Shown: positions 11,588 to 24,991 of the stretch, piece after piece
How positions within the stretch are numbered: the first letter of the stretch is position 1
Layout: every line of letters starts with the position of its first letter
NCBI RefSeq assembly: GCF_006345805.1
Contig: NC_043000.1
Span: forward strand, 162,254,001-162,318,000
Length of the DNA: 64,000 nt
From: Octopus sinensis
Taxonomy: Eukaryota
Direction of reading: 5' to 3'
Notes under the pieces: model-generated
Told to the model about the DNA's origin: nothing
The model's input: only the letters and a program-made list of their open reading frames with translations
Database searches by the model: none
Made by a program: the position numbers and the translations under genes

Positions 11588-12462
11588 TGTATCGTCTTCT
11601 AAATATTTTACGTTCTTGTCCCAGTTTGTATTTTTCTACATATAATATATATAGCGACGTCCGTACCCTCGTTGGCCTTATGTAAGTACATATTCCTGTA
11701 AATTTGGTACGACTCTACGCACTGTCTCTCTCGTACATTTCTCTGCCTTTCACATTTTGCACTCTACTTTGATCTGTCCCCTTCTCTCTCTCTCTCTACT
11801 TCTCCTCCTTTTCTCTTTCCTTGCCTCTGATTCTTTGGTCTACTCTTCCCCCCACTCTCTCACATTTCTCTGTCTTTCTCACTTTGCACTCAATAGCCAA
11901 TCCTTGGCACGCACTCTTTCTTCTCCCCTCTTTAATTCCTTCTTTCCCTCTCTTCTCCCCCCTTTGTTGCCTTCGTCCCTCTTTCTCTCTCTCTTAGTTT
12001 CCTTTGCCCCCTTTCTTTTCTCTCCCTTCTCTCACGTGACCGCTGGTCAAATCAGCCTTTTGGCCTCCGACCACTGCCGAGAACATCGTTGTCTTCGTCT
12101 GCCGATAAAGGCATTGTTTCCAAATACGCCAGCTAAACTTGTACTGTTTATTAGTCGTAAGACACCCGCTGTTTTTGTCCTGTTTTTACCATTATTGGTT
12201 TTTGTATTTTATATTCGTGTGGCATCGTCCGTTTTTCTGTCCCTGTTTCGTATACATTCGATCCTTCTTCCAAGAAATCTAATGCTCGTAGCTTAGGTTT
12301 TCCTTGGGGCTGGCCGGATCGGAGCGATCTCAAGATTAATCAGCCGAAATTACTAGGATGATCCGGATCTTGACTGAAGATTGAAGGCTTCGAATGTTTC
12401 GTCCGTGTTTTATTGTATCGTCTTCTAAATGTTTTACGTTCTTGTCCCAGTTTGTAGTTTTC

Positions 12463-12476
<14 letters not shown>
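11588..12476 (+). mobile_element. LTR-like or pseudo-LTR element with a duplicated 3' end, inserted in (TA)n
   Basis: 11588-11650 is repeated at 12414-12476 (TGTATCGTCTTCTAAAT...TTTTCTACATATAATATAT). The unit begins TATAGCGACG (TGT-like) at 11650 and ends ...TCTACA at 12466. Confidence 0.5.
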
Positions 12477-12526
<50 letters not shown>

Positions 12527-13853
12527 AGAGTTTTATAGGCTATCCGGAATATGGTATGAGATTGGTAAAGTTCCAGAAAGCGAAGTCATAACTGTGATGA
12601 AGATGCTGGTAAAATCCATAGAAAAAAATTATTTTAATGAAGTGAAAATCTAAATGTAACGCACGTATTTATAGAAAGAAAATGGCTGAGAGAACAAACT
12701 TTTTTTTTTTTGAGAGAAGATTGGAGTGTAAGACGACGCAAACAACAAGATAAGTGGCGTGCATGTACGTGTGTGTGTTGTTGAGCTAAAAGTGAGTAGC
12801 GGTCAAGCAGAAGTACCAGATGGAAAGGTAAGAAAGGAAGGTATTATTCAAGACTGTCAACCAAAACAGGACTTCCGAATATATTTACCACACAATTTCA
12901 AGTCTTACGTTGTTAGAATTACTTCCCTTGATTCTTATGTTTTACATTTTAGACAAATCTTGAAGGCAGTTTTGTCTATTAATTGCATGGACAATTAACC
13001 GACGCTATTTAGTTTACTTATCTATAACACATGTGAAACCAGACCGTGTATCTATAGTATTCAGAACGCTACCCTGAGCTATGTTTACCTGTGGTACATT
13101 TTTAGAAGTACATTTGGTTTATGGATTCTGACAAAGGCATTAATGCTATAAATTATGTTCACTGTTGTCAATGGAACTAAGGAAAGCCGAAACTTGATAC
13201 TGACTGAGGTATACCCAAAGATTCTTGACATTCAACACGTTCAATATAATGGTAAGTACGTGGAAGATACTACGGTTAATTGAGAAAAGGTAACATTGAC
13301 CTAGATATGGTAAACGTACATTTGTTAAAAGGTAATGAAAGGTCATGTTGAAGGAGAGAAACTAGAGTCGTAGATGATGTGAGAAGGGCACAAAAGGGAA
13401 GGCGAGGGTGAGAAAGAAACGGGGAAAGAAAAGAGAGAATAGGGGTGAATAGTGAGAGAGAGAGGGGGGGTAGGAACCAGTCACACACGTGCGCGCGCGC
13501 ACACACACACATATACACACACATCCCTTCATATATTTCTGCACGATGTGACAGAGAATATAAGCTACAAAAGTAGGAAGGGGATAAAGAAAAGTGGATG
13601 TGAAAAAACAGAATTGTGATGAAGAAAGAAAAAATTAAAAAATGCAAATTTGTGTGTATACGTAGTTAGACACACACACACACATACACAAACACAAATA
13701 CACACACTGACACGTAGACAGATAGAAACACACAAGCGCATACAAATATGCACACAGAAAGAGTGAGAGATTGATAGAAAGATAGACAGATATCGATAAA
13801 TGAACTCTACGTAAATATAAGTTTATTTTGTGTATATATATGTCGCTCTTCAA

Positions 13854-13965
13854 TTTTATTTCAAGATTTCTTGCCAATAGAGAAAGAGCCGGTTTCTAAC
13901 CTAGATCCAAGGTTCCTTCATTAGAATTTCAACATCAACAACAGGGTATTTTTGTTTGTATGTAT
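13854..13965 (-). mobile_element. 3' UTR fragment of the R4/Dong-like LINE
   Basis: Reverse complement of ~16385-16465 (CTTGGATCTAGGTTAGAA.CCG.CTCTTTCTCTATTGGCAAGAA). Confidence 0.8.
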
Positions 13966-13969
13966 GTAC

Positions 13970-14036
<67 letters not shown>

Positions 14037-14214
14037 GTAAAGTATAGAAGCCATCTTATCATGGCTAACCACATTGGGGAAGTGGCTTCTATAAGATGGC
14101 TTCTATACTTTACATTATCAAGCGATTACTGTTTCAATCTCATTCTGAGATTTAATTATGCTATATATATATATATTATATATATATATATATTATATAT
14201 ATATATATATATAA

Positions 14215-14813
<599 letters not shown>

Positions 14814-14889
14814 GTGTGTATGGTGGCTGTGTACTCCTTAGGCAGAGTCTGACCACCTCTTATACTTACACCTTAGATCCATCATGACG

Positions 14890-16465
14890 TTTGCTGTGGC
14901 TTTTTAAACCAGACAATGCATTGAAAAGACAGCCACATTGGTTGTATATCCGACTTGGACCACCAGTGTATAAACACTCACTTACATCTTACAATAGCAC
15001 CTGTAACAAAACACTTATCACTAAAGAATATAACAGCGGAATAAAGAAAATGTGGACCCTAGAACTCTCTGCAATAAATAAACCCGTGGCTCACAATGTA
15101 TTTGCAGTGCTAGTACTCATACCAATATTTGGGCTACTTGATTGGACGCTTGATGAGATTCGAGTTATTGATGTGAAAACCCGAAAAATATTAACAAGCA
15201 CAGGTAATTTCCACATAAACAGTGATGCAGACCACCACTACCTATAACGAAAACAAGGCGGCAGAGGCTTAACATCGATCCAAAATGCCTTTCAATGTCG
15301 TATCATATCGCTTCGGCAATATCTTTTAACTAAAATATGTCGAAGTGCATTCCTTGACTAAGTTTGCATACACGAGGCTGATAACTTCACAAGACTTGGA
15401 TGGCAGCTCCTTAAGCAACATTCCTTGTTTGATAACCTAGAATACCTGCCCAAAGAAGTCGCACGACTCTACCGCAACGTATCATCAGATCAAAGGATGA
15501 GCCTATATGATCAGAAGACTATGCATGGATATGTCAGTAGAAAGCTCCGAGATGATAGTAACATCGATCATCAAAGCAGTCTTTCATGGACCAATAGCCG
15601 GATTATTACCTCCCACTTCGAAGGGTATGTGTTTGCTATCCAGGAACAGGAAATATCAACCAAATACCTGATGCACAAAAGGATAGAGATGCAGGAAAAG
15701 CACTATGATATGATAACCGATGCAGACTTTGTGGAGTTAACACCGAAGATATCACCCACGTCATAAGTAGTTGTCCGAAAATGTCATCATGGTATTACCG
15801 ATGAGACATGATGTAGCTAGGACACACTATAATGAAATCCGTCGGAAGGATAACTCCAACGACAAAGCAATAAAAACCCACAGTATGGTAGAAGCCATTG
15901 CCACTCAATAAAAAGAAGTACTGGTGGAATGTACCAGAGAAGACCTCAGTAACATGTAAGCACAACAGACCTGATATAAGGATTTGGGATAGAGAAGAGA
16001 AACTGTGCGCAGCTGTGGAAATTTGCTCCCCAGCGGATGTTAACATGAAGCTGGTGATCAGTGAAAAAGAGAACACCTACACTTAACTATTGAGAAATCT
16101 GCAGTTACTCTATCCAGATTACAAGTTCAGGTTTATACCTGTAATCATTCGGGACCTGGGATATGTAATACACTGCCCAAATACCAGCCTTGAGAAATTA
16201 GGCTTCTCCAACCTAGAATGGAGAATGCTAATTCGAAGACTGAAACGACCATCACTGGAACTGTAAGAATATGTAAAACTTTCCAGAAGTTCATTTAAAT
16301 ATATAGGAGCAGGACTAATAGGCAGCTATGTGCATGAGAATACACACATAAAACAAAACATACAAATCTGCACAAATACATACAAGCAATGATGAAATTC
16401 CAATGAAAGAGCCTTGGATCTAGGTTAGAAGCCGACTCTTTCTCTATTGGCAAGAATCTTGAAAT
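14890..16465 (+). pseudogene. R4/Dong-like non-LTR retrotransposon 3' part (post-RT region, CCHC knuckle, restriction-like endonuclease, 3' UTR), disrupted
   Basis: Fragments RKQGGRGL, CRLCGVNTEDITHVISSCPKM...RHDV and HNRPDIRIWDREEKLCAAVEICSP...EKENTY. Multiple stops and frameshifts; ORF ends at 16298. Confidence 0.85.
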
Positions 16466-16475
16466 AAAACTGAAC

Positions 16476-17000
16476 AATGACGTATATACATGCGTACATA
16501 CAAACATACACACATACATACATACACACATACATACATACGTACATACAAACATACACACACATACATACTTACATACATACATACATAAATACATACA
16601 TACATAAATACATACACACATACATACATACATACATACATACATACATACATGCATACATACATACATCATATATACATACATACATAAATACATACAT
16701 ACATAAATACATACATGCGTACATACATACATACATACAAACATACATACATAAATACATACATACATACATACATACATACATACATACATACATAAAT
16801 ACATACATACATACATACACACATACATACATACATACATAAATACATACATAAATACATACATACATACATACATACATTCATACATACACACATACAT
16901 ACATACATACATACATACATACATACATACATACATACACACATACATACATAAATACATACACACATACATACATACACACATACATACATACATACAT
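16476..17000. repeat. Long (TACA)n array with variant units
   Basis: Directly visible; source of the CMYV/TYIH ORFs. Confidence 0.98.
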
Positions 17001-17265
17001 TATTTCGCTCTCGCGTCTCATGTTTGATCTTTGACCTCTGGCCGAAATCAGATCGCCATGTTGATTCGTTAGCTACTGCACGCATTTTTTTTCTCTCCTT
17101 CTTTCTGTGTTTTTCTCTCTCTGTGTATCTTTCTGTTGAAGAGCGTAGGCTCGAAACGTTAAAGACTTGTTTTATTTATATTTCCTGAGCGCCATACTAA
17201 TACAATTGTTCGTTTGTTTTCCACCTGCCTTCGTCTTTTGTTTATTTTCATAAAGCTTCCCGCTA
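17000..17265 (+). mobile_element. Non-autonomous Penelope-like element with hammerhead motif, embedded in (TACA)n
   Basis: (TACA)n on both sides; homologous to 14215-14370. Confidence 0.65.
17128..17165 (+). ncRNA. Minimal hammerhead-like motif with variant core CUGUUGA
   Basis: UCUUU-CUGUUGA-A-GAGC(GUAG)GCUC-GAAAC-GUU/AAAGA. Confidence 0.6.
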
Positions 17266-17316
17266 CATACATACATACATACATACATACATACATACAT
17301 ACATACATACATACAT

Positions 17317-17850
17317 TGGGAAATTGATGTTCTGGATCGGAACAAGTGGAGAGGTACTTGTTAGGACTGGTTGCAATGCCTGTGAGGAAAATATGATTCA
17401 GCACTCTGAGCTTAGAAATGCCTGTCGCAAAGGAACAATTGGAACTAAAATCAACAGCCAACATTGATATGCATTATGTGTGATCGTGTTCTGTTATCAA
17501 AATCAGGGTATGTGAATCATATGAAATCACACGAAAACCGAAATGCCCAGGTAGGTAATAATATTGAACACCAACCGCCTCTTACGACTTGTGTCATATG
17601 TCACAAAACTTGTAATATCTGGACTGAAAAGATATATGCTAGTTCAGAAGAACATTCCTTCAGAATCAGATTCCAAAGGACAAAGATAGAGAAGAAACTT
17701 GAATAATATCTGTCACTTGTGTTTAAAACCCTGTCAGTCAGCAGCTGGTTTTAAAAGTCATCTGAGGGCACACCAGCGGAGTGATTGTACCTTGTGATGG
17801 TGTGTGGTGTGTGTGTGTTGATGGGATGGCTATCATCTGTCAAGATGGAG
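17317..17850 (+). mobile_element. RTE-clade LINE 3' end with three C2H2 fingers
   Basis: WEIDVLDRNKWR..., CIMCDRVLLSKSGYVNHMKSH, CVICHKTC..., CHLCLKPCQSAAGFKSHLRAH; ends in a CA/TA tail. Confidence 0.75.
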
Positions 17851-17874
17851 CAATCATCACACACACACACACAC

Positions 17875-17908
<34 letters not shown>

Positions 17909-18299
17909 CGCACATGGAGTAGAAATCAGATGTTCAGATAAGCAACTTAGTTTTCCAACTTAGCACACATCTAGGAACTCTTTTTCAGCGCAAATTATAA
18001 TTACTTTTATTATTTCATTTCATTATCTATCTAAGTAAACACAGTTTCGTCTTCCATGCCGTTTGTTTAGAGAAAAAACTTAAGAACCCGACGCTCAATC
18101 CAACTCTCCCTCTTCCTCCTCTCCCTTCTCCCTCTCTTTCACGCTCATTTATTATTGTCATTTATTCATTCACTTGTCTAATTTTGTCAAAGTTTGGCTG
18201 ACCGAAAACTGTTGGTTGTAGCTCTAGTTAAGAATGCAAAAATACCCAATTCTATCTCATTATTATTATTACTACTCTTTCACACTGACAGTCTGAGTT

Positions 18300-19945
18300 T
18301 TTGCTGTTTCGTGGTGCTCCTGACCTTCCCACCCCAACCACCTGTACCAGAAGTCTTTATCCTCTGACCTCTATCGGATGTCTTTCTCATGGAAACCTCC
18401 AAAGGCATAATGTTCCCCCATCCCTACTTAGGGTTTATCTCCCATGTAATGTAGTGATTATGTAACGCATAAAATGATGGTGTAATGCATGCAGGTTGAA
18501 AGCTATTGTATGTTTCTGAGTTCTACCAAATATGAGCTTTCTTTTCAGGTACATGACGCTGCTGTCCCCCATCCCAGGGTCACCTTCCACACCATCAGAG
18601 TTGGCACACTTAATGTTGGCACATTGAAAGGTAGGTCTGTTGAGATTGTTGAGATGCTTGAACGGAGACGTGTAGATTTGTGCTGTACCCAATAAGTAAG
18701 GTGAAGGAGAAGTTCTGCTAGGTTCCTCACAGGCAAAGAACATAAGCATAATATTTCCTGGGTAGGGAACACTGACGGGGTCGGGATGTGGGTATACTTC
18801 TTGCAGAGAAATGGATTGATAAGGTGATCGAGGTAGTCAGAGTGTGTGATAGAATACTTAAAATTAAATTAGTTCTACAACATGGATTAGCAACCATTAT
18901 TTCGGCCTATACCCCTCAACCAGGGCTACAGGATGAACAGAAAGACCGATTTTATTACATCCTCTTGCAGACTACCTCGTTGACGAATGACAGGGGCCTT
19001 CTCTTTGTGGTTGGCGACTTCACTGGGCATGTTGGACAACATGCAGGGGTCTTCTATGGCGTACATGGTAGCTATAGTTTTGGTTCTGGCAATGCTAAGG
19101 GAATCAGGCTGCTGGAGTTCTGCGATGTAAATGATCTAACGGTTTGTAATACTAAATTTAGGAAACCTGCCAGTCACCTATTCACCTACCGGTCTTGTGG
19201 ACACACAAGTGAAATTGACTACATCCTTGCCAGGAAACGGGAAAGATGGCTACTTATAAATGCCAAAACCTTCCCAGGTGAAGATTGTACCCCCACAACA
19301 TAGATTAGTTGTTAGCGACTTCAGGATCAGAGCTAAATGGATGCCTAGAAGATGACCAGGATGGGGAAGAAGGGTTTGGAAGCTTAAGGATTTAGAGATT
19401 TAGAGACGTATTACTCGAAATAGAGGATATAGCAATACATGATGTGGAAGAAACCGAAGGTTCCTACAGGAAAACCTGTTGAGGGCCACTGACCAGATCT
19501 GTGGATGGTGCAAAGTCCCCTCTCGACCTAAGGTAACGTGATGGAACAATGTAGTTGACAGGGCCATTAAAGAAAAGAAACAGGCATGGAAAAACGATGG
19601 TAGCAGGGAATTGCATCACATTGCCAGAAGGGAAGCTAGGAGTCAGGTTTATTTAGCCAGAGGGGAAACTGATAAGAAAACATTTGCCAATGTTCTGCGT
19701 CGTGAGGACCAAAGACTTGAAGTGTTTCATGTTGCAAGACAGTGATTGAGAGAGAATCGTGATGTCATAGGAGAGAAATGTGTCCGCATGGATGATGGAT
19801 CACTTGCATTTAATGAGGCTGCAAAGAGAGAGACTTGGAGGCCCCATAATAAAAGGTTGCTAAATGAAGAGAATTAATGAGAGAGAGTCTGCCGAATGTC
19901 GACCCAACAGAGTAACAAGCTATCCGAATTGGCAGTACCTTGGTA
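18300..19945 (+). pseudogene. RTE-clade LINE 5' part: apurinic-type endonuclease domain, disrupted, truncated before RT
   Basis: IRVGTLNVGTLKGRSVEIVEMLERRRVDLCCTQ, ISAYTPQ, VGDFTGHVG, SEIDYIL and HRLVVSDF motifs (ORFs 18489-18695 and 18788-19303). Confidence 0.88.
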
Positions 19946-20096
19946 GGTCTTTTCCCAATACAAAACAAATATCATGTATAGGTATCGCTTGGAAAACAAG
20001 TAAGACATATTACAAAAATGGCTGGTCGTAGCCTTCGCGTGTGTGAGACTTTCGATCAGGCGATGGCAATACACGAACATGACTTTGCAGCCATCG

Positions 20097-20132
<36 letters not shown>

Positions 20133-20479
20133 TGTATGTATGTATGTATGTATGTATGTATGTATGTATGCATGCATGCATGTATAGCATAGAGAATGAT
20201 TATGAAAAGAACAGTAATCCACTGAGTTGTTTGGAAACTGGAAAACATTTTTGCATATCAGAAATATTTTCGATAAAATCACCTTCATGCTAAATTCATT
20301 TAAATTAATTTAATAATACGATAAAAAATATATGTAATATTGTGTAATATTGTTGACATTTCGTATAAGATATTGAGAAAAATGTTGAAAAATGAACATT
20401 TTAAAATTCTATTGAAATTGTTTGTTTTGTGTTTTTCTTACTGTATTCTGCTCTTAGCATGCATTGTATGGAACTAATC

Positions 20480-21425
20480 AAATATTTGAAATGAAAAATT
20501 GTGCTAGGAAATTGAGCCATAAAATGGTGTGGATGTAGTTTTACCCGCGCTTAATAACCTATGCAATTTATAGAATATAACATGGAATATAACTGGACAT
20601 TGTTGTAGTGAATAAGAAAGAAAGAAAATTGTATGATAATCGACACAGTATGTACCGGTGAGAACAGAATTAAAGAGAAAGAAGAAAAACTGAACAACTA
20701 CAATGATTTGAAGCGGAAATATGAAGGTTGTGATCAATGAGGAGAGTACCATAAATCCTCGAGTATAATACGCATTTATTTCCAAAAATTTAAAGGTTAA
20801 AATCCCTAATGCCTACCTTATACGAGGTTAAAAATGAAAAATATTTTCTAAGCAATATCCGAGTCTCTATTTGCTGTCTGGCAATGTTTATTCAGACGCA
20901 TTTTGTGATGTCGGGCGCGAAAATACCTTAAGCTAAGCCTGAAAGCAATGAAGTCATAAAAGAATCATCTATAACTTGCAGTAAGCAACATTTATTAAAA
21001 TAAAAGTATTCAGAACTCAGAATTACCTGTGACAAAAACAATTTGCAAACATATTTACATTCCCATATAACAGTTAAAAACATCACCATTATTGTACTAC
21101 TCATGCACGGAAGTGTTTATTCGACAAGATGCTGCTGGCTTAATTACGCACGACTCAAGTTAGAGAAGGGGTGCGTATTATACACAAGGTTTAGGTTTTT
21201 CAGAAGTACAGTCCCCTAAAAATTCCCTGCGTATTATACTAAAGGGCGGACTATACTCGAGGACTTACGGTAGACGCGATACCAATAGTAATTGACATAC
21301 TTAGAAGTATCAGCGATAAACTACCAGCATGGCTAAAAAAAGATTGGTACAAATGTAAAGATAGAACACCTACAAGAATCAGCATTGCTTAGATCTGCAA
21401 GAGCAGTTAGCAGGGTTCTTAAAGC
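20480..21425 (+). pseudogene. Second RLE-type (R4/CRE-like) LINE 3' end, interrupted by a MITE
   Basis: DIVVVNKKERK.MIIDTVCTGENRIKEKEEKLNNY before the MITE; ...IPIVIDILRSISDKLPAWLKKIGTNVKIEHLQESALLRSARAVSRVLKA* after it. Confidence 0.75.
20749..21270. mobile_element. pogo/Tigger-like MITE (522 bp), TA TSD
   Basis: TIRs CCATAAATCCTCGAGTATAATAC / GGACTATACTCGAGGACTTACGG; TA at 20747-20748 and 21271-21272. Confidence 0.8.
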
Positions 21426-21614
21426 ATGACCAGTGAACAAGTGTCACCTTACTTTGCTGGTTGTGGTCAGCTGACACTTTCCATCATACCCAGCAAAATA
21501 AGCTGAGAGTTTCTATCAAACAATATATATATACACACACACACACATACAAACACACACACACAAACACACATACACACACATACATACACACACACAC
21601 ACAAAATAGTATCG

Positions 21615-21829
21615 ATGAATACTGAAATTAGTACATTTGTATAAACTTTCAGTCAATTGCCGCATATTGCCTGACGTACGTTTCTGCTGAATAGACATAT
21701 AACGACCGCATTTGCATCTTGCTACTTTTAATAGTGATTAGTCCATGCACCTTTATCCAATGTCTATCCATTTAAATAGATTATAGCTTAATTAAAAAAT
21801 TATGCAAATGTACTAATCTCGGTATTCAT
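21615..21829. mobile_element. Probable small MITE with 30-bp inverted repeats
   Basis: ATGAATACTGAAATTAGTACATTTGTATAA (21615-21644) versus the reverse complement of 21800-21829, 3 mismatches; no clear TSD. Confidence 0.5.
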
Positions 21830-22034
21830 TATTTCTATATTCGATATGCAGTCGGTTATTCATAACACAGAGAAGCGAACCGAGGATTTACCCATCGGAT
21901 AATACCCAGTGGAATTGACTATCTCAAGTAATTCTAGGTGTTCATTTACAATACGATGCAGTTAGCCTTAACCTGGATTATTGCTAAGTGCTTGAATGAT
22001 ATCCGCGTCTATTGCTATATATGATTGGTATATA

Positions 22035-22200
22035 AGCACCGTATTCTCTTTTTCACTCATCTTCAGCGTTATATTAATATCCGCTGAGCAGCTGATTTCC
22101 ATAACTGTACACAGTTTCTCTTCTCTGTCCCAAAATATTATAACAGATCTATTGTATTTTCATTTTATTGAGGTTTTCACTGGGACATTCCACCAGTACT
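22035..22200 (-). mobile_element. Fragment of the R4/Dong-like LINE endonuclease region
   Basis: Reverse complement matches ~15915-16080 (YWWNVP..., WDREEKLC..MEISCSAD). Confidence 0.8.
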
Positions 22201-23319
22201 TTTTATTATGTATGTATGTCTGCATGTATGTATATATGTATGTACATATGTATGTATGTATACATAATTAATCGTCAGGCGCACGGAGGACAGCGTAAAA
22301 GAAAACATAGATGTACATATTCATTCTTAATGCGTGAATAAGCTAATGTCTGTAGTATTTTGTCTACGGACGTCAAATTCTTCTATGTGTATGCACAGTA
22401 CACTCGATTCATGGATGCAAGGGGACAACGACACAGCGCGTTATTTCACGCAGGCTGTGTCTCGTCAGTTGAAGGAAGCCTGTATCAATGAATCTGATGA
22501 AAGGCTTTGGTCTGTTTATAGACATCACTAAAGAAATTATTTACTGATGCATGTTGATGCATGTCAAACCGATAATAAATCGTCAAGGGAACAGCCTACT
22601 CAGTGTTTCACATTATTATAATTTTGCAACAGTGATGAGCATATTCATTCCTAATATGCTCCGCTAGATTCGAACGTGTATATGCTAATCACTGCTTCTA
22701 TTTTGCCGACGGAGAGCAAGTTTATTTTTCAGACAATGTGTGTCTGAAAGAGAGAGTGGGGGGAGAGAGAGAGATTGACACACAGTTTCATGCAGGATAA
22801 CAAGTACGCCTACACACGTGTGTGTAGGTGTAGTATGGTGTGTGTGTGTGTGTGTGTGTGTTTCTGTAAAGAGCTTGATAAATAGTGTGAGATAGATAGA
22901 TAGATAGACAAACAAAGAAAGATAGAGGGGAGGAGGAGCACAAGGAGGAGCTGGAGGGGCAGGATCAGGAGCTGGAGAAGAAGGAGGAGATAGGGAAGCA
23001 TAGATGTATGTATTTATTATACCTAAAAATAGTCCGTATCAAATTTCGTTTCCCCGAAACTTCTGAATGTCCTTTTCGGCATTTTTTTTTGTTTGCTATT
23101 GTTTATTTTATATATATATATATTTTGTAATCTGGATTTTCTGTTTTTGTTTTGTGTTTTTTTGCTTTTTTATCTTACATTTAGAGTTACTCTAAATACT
23201 CTTAGAGACTAAAAGAGCCAACTCCGAAATGTCACTCGACGTATTTAATCATGTGATGGTACTGAGATATTTTAAACAGCTTCTGTGTGTATGTGTTGTG
23301 TGTTGTGTGTATGTGTTCG

Positions 23320-23322
23320 TGC

Positions 23323-23368
<46 letters not shown>

Positions 23369-23460
23369 GTACACATATATATGTTTACATAAACTCATAT
23401 ATGTATAGATATATAGACATATATATATACGCATATACACATGTATGTATATACATACAT

Positions 23461-23542
<82 letters not shown>

Positions 23543-23770
23543 GCATGTATGTATGTATATGTATGTATGTATATATATATACATGTGTGTATGTGTGTGT
23601 ATAAGCATATATATATATATATGCATAAACATGTAGATACGGATAGAAATATATATACGCACAAAAACACATATATATGTAAATATATGTATATTTATAC
23701 ATGAAAATATATATACATACATAAATACGTACGTACTTCTTACGTACATACATATATACATACATATAAC
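23320..23770. repeat. Compound (TA)n/(TG)n/(TATG)n microsatellite field
   Basis: Directly visible. Confidence 0.95.
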
Positions 23771-24869
23771 CTTGTTACACATACACAACCGCGACATTCT
23801 TGTGATTTGTTTGTAAAGATAAAAGTTCATAGTTATCTAATATGTTTTATAAAAATAAAATAACCTATACATATATCTATTCTATTTTAGTGTTTCCATT
23901 CAGCCTGGTCGATAGTTAACCGGACTTTGAGTTGAAGGATCGGCAATTCGTATACTGCCTTCAGAATATGCCTTGTTTATAAACAATGGGATTACTTGTG
24001 AACAGCCTACTCAGTGTTTCACACTATTATAATTTTACAAATCATTGCCGAGTGTTTCATTACTATGTATTTTCTAAGTTCAAGGTTTTCTACGTTAACT
24101 CCGTCCCACGCCAGCGAGTATGACCTGAATACATGTACCATTCTGACAGAAGTGGTGGATTGGGTTTCTGGGCGGCACTTTCACGAGGAAGGCATTTTGG
24201 AGTCTCCTCTATAAACCTGTATATTATCCTCCTGTATAGGTTTGGGGTCCGGGCTGGGAATGGCAATGCACCCAAGGCTTATGACAGGCTGCACACGCTC
24301 TAGCTACAGTGCTGTGCTTTCGCTAATTGTTTTAGGAACGTGAGCAGTGGCGAGGATAGATATGTTTCTTTATTAGCCACACAGGGCTGAACACAGAGGG
24401 GATTAATTACAAAGTAGAGCTTTTCTTTTTGCGAAGAAAAAAAATAAAAAAAGGTGGGGTTAGGTTTTCGATCAAAAGGGATCGTAAAAAAAAAAAAACG
24501 ATCAATAAGGATCGTGTATCACAGAAATGTCATGATGTAAAGTGTAAAGGAGGAAACAGATAAGGTTTATCCGTGGAAAGAAAAGCTTACGGAAAAGACC
24601 ACGGCAACCTCGGTCAATAATGTCACATGTTAACACATTTATTTGCAAGTAACTCTCTGTTTTAAATTTTTCCGGGTTCATAGGATTATGCTCAAGGTGG
24701 CTTCGTCATTCATACGTGCCATCCTTGTTACATTCATCCATTATTTTTTTGAAACATTCGCTAGACAAAACTTGCTTCTCTACTCTTACTTTCCTTTTCA
24801 AGTGATACTTGAAGTTGATGAGAGATTGACCAGAGAGGAAAGTGTTTGTCTCTAATCCGATAGATAGAC

Positions 24870-24916
<47 letters not shown>

Positions 24917-24956
24917 CAGACAGATAGCCTCTCCCGCCATTGACCCAGTAGCTGTA

Positions 24957-24991
<35 letters not shown>

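Noticed and set aside
11757-12296. 179-aa Leu/Ser/Phe-rich ORF
   Set aside because: Arises from a CT-rich tract inside a repeat element; no recognisable domain or splice context.
22494-22520. Other CTGATGA/CTGAAGA boxes (22494, 12373, ~14620 minus, ~30263, ~45207)
   Set aside because: No properly placed GAAA and NUH; the ~30263 box lies within transposase coding sequence.
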